In this document: positions 59,255 to 64,000 of the stretch, in pieces
How positions within the stretch are numbered: the stretch's first letter is position 1
Layout of the letters: the number at the start of each line of letters is the position of its first letter
NCBI GenBank assembly: GCA_009691445.1
Contig: SICL01000006.1
Coordinates: 2,486 to 66,485 of the forward strand
DNA from: Candidatus Taenariivivens baikalensis
GTDB lineage: Bacteria > Omnitrophota > Omnitrophia > Omnitrophales > Aquincolibacteriaceae
DNA: 64,000 nucleotides
Direction of reading: 5' to 3'
Program-made: the position numbers and the translations under genes
The notes under the pieces: generated by a model
Told to the model about the DNA's origin: nothing
Databases searched by the model: none
The model's input: only the letters and a program-made list of their open reading frames with translations

Positions 59255-59554
59255 ATGTCGGAATCTCAAAAGACAAAGAAATATGCAATGCTGGCCGCTT
59301 CGATCGCCGGAATTATGGCGGTTTGCGGAACCGTCTCTTTAGCGTATGCGGATGATATGGCGATGGACAGCAAAGACGGAGTGTCCTGCTACGGGGTCAA
59401 TGCCTGCAAAGGTCAGGGCGCTTGCGGCGGCAAAGGTCACGGCTGCGCGGGTGAAAACAGCTGTAAAGGAAAAGGCTGGATCAAAGCGGAAAATAAAGAA
59501 GCTTGCCTGAAAATGGAAGGCGGAAGTTTGAAGCCAACGGCCATCACGGACTAA
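59255..59554 (+). CDS. Cys-rich secreted peptide, bufferin (BufA2)-like RiPP precursor
   Basis: Signal peptide; CYGVNACKGQGAC...CAGENSCKGKG...C; directly upstream of a DUF692 gene. Confidence 0.82.
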   Translation: MSESQKTKKYAMLAASIAGIMAVCGTVSLAYADDMAMDSKDGVSCYGVNACKGQGACGGKGHGCAGENSCKGKGWIKAENKEACLKMEGGSLKPTAITD

Positions 59555-59675
59555 TAACCAAACACCAAGAAACAAGATCCAAATAATTCCAAAATTTCAA
59601 TTTTCAATAGGAGTGGGAATTGGATATTGATTATTGGATTTTATTTGGAGCTTGTAACTTGTATCTTGGTTATTA
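59553..59675. repeat. Palindromic heptamer-repeat element
   Basis: aataaccaaacaccaagaaacaagatcc mirrored by cttgtatcttggttatt. Confidence 0.7.
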
Positions 59676-59679
59676 AATT

Positions 59680-61383
59680 ATGTCATTTCCTCTCCTCGGC
59701 TGCGGCATCGGTCTTCGCGCTCCTCACTATGCTGAAATTCTAGGGCCGGCCCGAAAATTGGACTGGTTCGAAGCCATCTCTGAAAATTATATGGATACCG
59801 GAGGGCGTCCCCTCCAGATCCTCGAAAAAATCCGCAAGAACTATCCGGTTGGACTTCACGGGGTTGCACTTTCCGTGGGTTCAACGGATCCGATCCATCT
59901 TCCTTATCTTGAAAAATTAAAAACCTTGATCGACCGCATTGATCCTGCGATTGTCTCCGATCACATTTGCTGGTCGGGCGTGGCCGGTGAACATTTACAC
60001 GACCTCTTGCCCCTTCCTTTCACGGAAGAATCCATCCGCCTGATCGTTGAAAAAACGGACCAGATTCAGAATTTTCTTGGACGTCAGATCCTGCTTGAAA
60101 ATGTTTCGACTTATGTCACGTTCAAACATTCCGAAATGCAGGAATGGGATTTTGTGCGGGAGATCGCAAGGCGGTCCGGCTGTGGACTTCTTCTGGATAT
60201 CAACAATGTTTATGTCAATGCTCGTAATCACGGCTTTGATGCCCAGGAATATCTCCGGAATATTCCCGGAGAGTTTGTGGGACAGATCCATCTTGCTGGG
60301 CACACGGACAAGGGTAAATTTCTTTTTGATACACACAGCTCTCCGGTGATCGATGAGGTTTGGGAACTTTACCGCCAGGCGCTGGAATTGTGGGGAAGCA
60401 AGACGACTCTGATTGAGTGGGATGAGGATATCCCTGAGCTTGAGCGCCTGATTGACGAGTGTGATAAAGCGAGAAAGATTTATCAAAGTGTTCGTGTTGA
60501 ACGTCATTGCGAGGAGTCCCTCAGGGACGACGCGGGAATCTCTGTCAGAAAAGGCGGGATTGCTTCGCTTGCGGCTCGCAATGACATCAAGGTAGAAACA
60601 TCTTTAAAAAACATCCAGCTCTGGATGCAATCTCAAATCAGGGACGGTTCTTCCCAACTTCTGGAAGCGCAACAAGTTACAGAAGAACCGTCCCTGAATC
60701 CCCAGGCCGGGGACCCGGGAGTAGAACGTCTTGACGTTTACCGCGAAGGTTATTTGGCCCGCACCGAAGAATCCCTCAAAGAAGTTTACGAAGCGGTTCG
60801 CCACGTGCTGGGCGACGGCGTGTTTCATGATCTTGCGCATCAGTACGCGCAAAGTTTTTCTTCTCCGGATTTTAATCTTAATCTGAAAGGCCGCAGTCTT
60901 CCGGATTTTTTAAAGCAAACCTCTTGGACTGAAAAGCTTCCATTTCTTCCGGATCTGGCCTGTCTCGAATGGAAAATTGCGGAAGCATTTCATGGTTTTG
61001 ACAAACCTGCTTTTGATCCTTCTTTCCTTTTTCAGTTAAATTCGGAAGATTGGAAAAATCTCCGGATTCTTTTTCAGCCGTCCGTATCGCTTCTGGAATC
61101 TTCCTGGCCCATCCTGGATCTCTGGCAGAGTCGAAAAACTCCTGTGGAGGAAATTAGAATGGATCTTGTGAACCGTCCTCAAAAAGTGTTAGTGGCCCGC
61201 CGCCCCAGCAAAGAAGTTTTTTGCCGTCTTCTTACTGAGCGGGAATTCCGGGTTTTGATTCTTCTGAAGCAGGGTAAATCCCTGGGTGAAATGTTTGAAT
61301 TTTTTGATGAAGAGGAAGCCGATCTTCCTCTGACGGATTGGTTTTCTGCCTGGACGCGGGAAGGCTTGATCGCTTCTTCTTAA
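59680..61383 (+). CDS. DUF692 (MNIO, BufB-like) fused to DUF2063 (BufC-like)
   Basis: GIGLRAPH, ENY, HGV, SDH, LLENVS, LLDINN, IHLAGH, DTH, IEWD; then RLDVYREGY...DLACLEW. Confidence 0.9.
   Translation: MSFPLLGCGIGLRAPHYAEILGPARKLDWFEAISENYMDTGGRPLQILEKIRKNYPVGLHGVALSVGSTDPIHLPYLEKLKTLIDRIDPAIVSDHICWSGVAGEHLHDLLPLPFTEESIRLIVEKTDQIQNFLGRQILLENVSTYVTFKHSEMQEWDFVREIARRSGCGLLLDINNVYVNARNHGFDAQEYLRNIPGEFVGQIHLAGHTDKGKFLFDTHSSPVIDEVWELYRQALELWGSKTTLIEWDEDIPELERLIDECDKARKIYQSVRVERHCEESLRDDAGISVRKGGIASLAARNDIKVETSLKNIQLWMQSQIRDGSSQLLEAQQVTEEPSLNPQAGDPGVERLDVYREGYLARTEESLKEVYEAVRHVLGDGVFHDLAHQYAQSFSSPDFNLNLKGRSLPDFLKQTSWTEKLPFLPDLACLEWKIAEAFHGFDKPAFDPSFLFQLNSEDWKNLRILFQPSVSLLESSWPILDLWQSRKTPVEEIRMDLVNRPQKVLVARRPSKEVFCRLLTEREFRVLILLKQGKSLGEMFEFFDEEEADLPLTDWFSAWTREGLIASS
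60502..60585. repeat. In-frame REP-like palindrome in the DUF692-DUF2063 linker
   Basis: cgtcattgcgag...gattgcttcgcttgcggctcgcaatgac; 84 nt, 28 codons. Confidence 0.85.
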
Positions 61384-61587
61384 GTCTCTTCCACTACTTA
61401 CTTCCTAAATCGTTTTACCTGCTCCTGATTTCTGCCTAGGTTTAGCTATCTAATGCTATAAATTGATAGTCAAAACAATACAAAGTTCTATGTTAGTTGA
61501 AATAGTATAAAGCTGAGGGTAACTTTTAATAGGACAGCTGTGCCTAGCCAATAAATAAGTACGCACGTAACCTGAGTTGGAGGAAGT

Positions 61588-64000
61588 TTGAACAGGCTTA
61601 AAACCTATTCAAAAGTGAATCGTCTGACAGCAGCATTCACGGCCGTCATTTTTTTGATCACAAGCTATCCATCGCCGCAGGCACAGGGGATGGAACCTTC
61701 CGCTTCCTTGCCTGCTCCCTCACTCCGAAATATCCTCGAAGACCTAAGCGCGATTCAGCTTCCCAAAGATTTTGGAAAAATTCAGGAAAGCTACCGCGGA
61801 AGCTCCGATAAAGTCGCGGTGCTTGTCCAGGACGCGCACTCCATTCCCGATGCGCAGAGAAACATTCAAAACATCATTGGCTTTTTCCAAAAGGAGTATG
61901 ACGTCTCCTTGGTCGGAGTCGAAGGAACCGCCGCCCAATTGGATCCTCAGATTTTCCACAGTTTCCCGGACCGGAAGAAACTTCGGGAAGTGTTTGAGGA
62001 ATATTACGAGCGCGGGGAATTGACAGGGGGAACCGCGGCTGCGATCTTTAGTCGACAGTCCACAGTCGACAGTCCACAGAAAGAGCACGAGGGTTTAAAC
62101 CGTGGACCGTGGACTATGGACCGTGGACTCGCCTTTGAAGGTCTCGAAGACTGGCCTCTTTACGAGCGCGGTGTTTCCGAATTTTTAAAAGCCCTTAAGG
62201 AGCAAAAAAAACTGAGTGAAGTGTTGGACGGGAAACGTGAAGCGCTCAAGAAAGAAAAGGAGAAATTCTACAGCAAGGAACTTCTGGAAATTGACACAGT
62301 CCTTAATCAGTTTCACAAGAATCAGGGGGATTTGGTTGAGACTGTTAAAGTTCTGGCAAAGTACAAGAAGCCGGAAGGGGAGTTGGGGCTCATTCTGAAG
62401 AAGACAGAAGGCAGTAAGCAGGAGGCAGGAAAGATCGAGTTTGAGGTGAAGAGAATTGCCAGGGAAGTGGAAAAAGCTCTCAAAACATTAAAGTTAGAAG
62501 GGGAAAAAGAAAATTCAAAAACTTCCAACCTCGAATTTCAAGCGAAGAAGCAGCTCTACCAAACCTCTCAATTATCCACCGACGACTATGGACTTTATCT
62601 CAGAGAGACCATCGAGAAGAACCACTTGCCCATCAAGTTATCTCTCCATCTTCACCGAGAAGCGGAAGAAGCCCAGAGACTGAGAGATTTAGAAGGCACC
62701 CGTCTCTTCAAGGATTTTGAACGTTACGGGCAATCGGTCAAAGCCAAGCTTTTCCGAAATGAAAAGGAGAGGATTCTGGATCAGGAAAATCATGAGATGG
62801 AGCTGCTCACTCGCTTTGCGAGTCTGGAGCTGAGCCAGGAGGATTGGGAGGAGGTTAAAAGGTTAAAAAGTGAAAAAGTTAAAAAGTTGGGAGACGAAAA
62901 CTTTTTGACCTTTAAACTTTTGAACTTTTCAACGCATTTTAACTTTTATGAAATCGCCGAACAGCGCGACACCAGCCTTTTTAAAAATACGCTCGCGCTA
63001 ATGAAATCCCATCAAGTCAAAAGCTCTTTAGTGATTGCCGGAGGATTTCACGCCGAAGGACTGACGCAAAAACTCAAGGCCAACGGCATTTCCTATGTGC
63101 TGGTGATGCCGGAAATTAAAACTATGCCGGAGCATTCTCTTTATTTGGAGCACATGAAGGGGAATGTGTCGTGGAAGAATTATTTTGAGGTGAAGGATGG
63201 GAAAGTAAATCTTTATGAGGCGTTTGTGAGAAGCAGCCGCGACCGACTGCTGAAGTTAGAAGCTAGAAGTGGGAAGTTGGAAGAACGAAATCAAAAAGCA
63301 TCTCCCTTCGAACTTCAAACTTTGAACTTCCAACTCGCGAAGCTGTGGAGAGACCAAATCATCCGTGACCTCGCTGCGAAGAATGAACTCACCAAAGCCC
63401 ACGATTACACAAGATTCATTGATGAACTTAGCAAAGAGCATAGCGCAGACCTGCCCGCCGAAGCGAAGCGGCAGGCGGGGAGCAAAGGGTCTGAAAACTC
63501 TATGCCCTATGCTCTTAGCTCACTGCTTCGTCAGCAGTGGCTCTCAAACATTCACCGCTTCATCGACGGCCTGAAAAATCTAAAATCCCGCGGTGAAATG
63601 GATATCCCGAACGTCACACAGCTTCTCAACTCTTTTTCCACCGCCGCGCCCGCTCTCGCCGGAGCACTTTCGAATCAATGGGTTGCTGGGTGGATTTTAG
63701 GTTTTGAAGAAAAACGTTCCGAAGTAAGAACGAACCCCTCCGAACCGGACGGCGCGCGGTCAGTGTCCAAGCTTCACTCTTCAACCTTCACTCCTAACTC
63801 ATCTTCCCGCTCCGAAGCGCGCTCGCAGAATGCTGAACCCAGTCAGGGGACGATCCCTGCCGGGGACAGACCCCGGGATCTCACGGAGATTAATGCGAGG
63901 TACGGAAGCAAAGGGTTGGATAAAATCCTGGCCGCCATCCGGAAGATCTATCTTTCAAATGGTTATTCCGATACTGAATTTAACCCGTATCTTGCCTTGA
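61588..64000 (+). CDS. Second giant-protein paralog, 5' part only (>800 aa, runs off window)
   Basis: GGAGG RBS then TTG; MNRLKTYSKVNRLTAAFTAVIFL...; no stop in frame to the window end; same N-domain motifs; RSEVR at 63715 and RSEAR at 63808. Confidence 0.88.
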   Translation, partial: MNRLKTYSKVNRLTAAFTAVIFLITSYPSPQAQGMEPSASLPAPSLRNILEDLSAIQLPKDFGKIQESYRGSSDKVAVLVQDAHSIPDAQRNIQNIIGFFQKEYDVSLVGVEGTAAQLDPQIFHSFPDRKKLREVFEEYYERGELTGGTAAAIFSRQSTVDSPQKEHEGLNRGPWTMDRGLAFEGLEDWPLYERGVSEFLKALKEQKKLSEVLDGKREALKKEKEKFYSKELLEIDTVLNQFHKNQGDLVETVKVLAKYKKPEGELGLILKKTEGSKQEAGKIEFEVKRIAREVEKALKTLKLEGEKENSKTSNLEFQAKKQLYQTSQLSTDDYGLYLRETIEKNHLPIKLSLHLHREAEEAQRLRDLEGTRLFKDFERYGQSVKAKLFRNEKERILDQENHEMELLTRFASLELSQEDWEEVKRLKSEKVKKLGDENFLTFKLLNFSTHFNFYEIAEQRDTSLFKNTLALMKSHQVKSSLVIAGGFHAEGLTQKLKANGISYVLVMPEIKTMPEHSLYLEHMKGNVSWKNYFEVKDGKVNLYEAFVRSSRDRLLKLEARSGKLEERNQKASPFELQTLNFQLAKLWRDQIIRDLAAKNELTKAHDYTRFIDELSKEHSADLPAEAKRQAGSKGSENSMPYALSSLLRQQWLSNIHRFIDGLKNLKSRGEMDIPNVTQLLNSFSTAAPALAGALSNQWVAGWILGFEEKRSEVRTNPSEPDGARSVSKLHSSTFTPNSSSRSEARSQNAEPSQGTIPAGDRPRDLTEINARYGSKGLDKILAAIRKIYLSNGYSDTEFNPYLAL

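Overview
Bacterial chromosomal window. Gene content and giant genes suggest Omnitrophota/PVC, but this is inference only. It is dominated by a 24.5-kb ORF (13875-38423, 8182 aa). A paralogous giant ORF begins at ~61588 and runs off the window. Both start with a signal peptide and a shared N-terminal domain whose H/E/E/R/H motif order resembles the TIKI/TraB/EreA-ChaN protease fold. In the complete one, about 28 copies of a pentapeptide R-S-E-[VLMAI]-R separate unrelated cargo modules: NDP kinase, DapA/NanA-type aldolase, NagB, alanine dehydrogenase, Gfo/Idh/MocA, ROK kinase, S1 domains and internal Tat-like signals. One module is a captured gene in antisense orientation that still has its own promoter and RBS. 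This is a candidate self-processing, cassette-accreting polyprotein system. The rest of the window holds a MarR-TolC-RND efflux locus, RluA, an HI0933 flavoprotein, an unidentified structured leader RNA, a c-di-AMP-like riboswitch, pirin, PEGA and GT2 genes, an AAA/DUF4143 ATPase, a CusBA-YHS metal efflux locus, ROK-ppx-ppk1, a frameshifted GCS2 ligase with a C26 hydrolase and MFS, mgtE, TerC, two YceI genes, glpX, and a bufferin-like locus with fused DUF692-DUF2063. Palindromic repeat elements are common, and several sit in frame inside genes.
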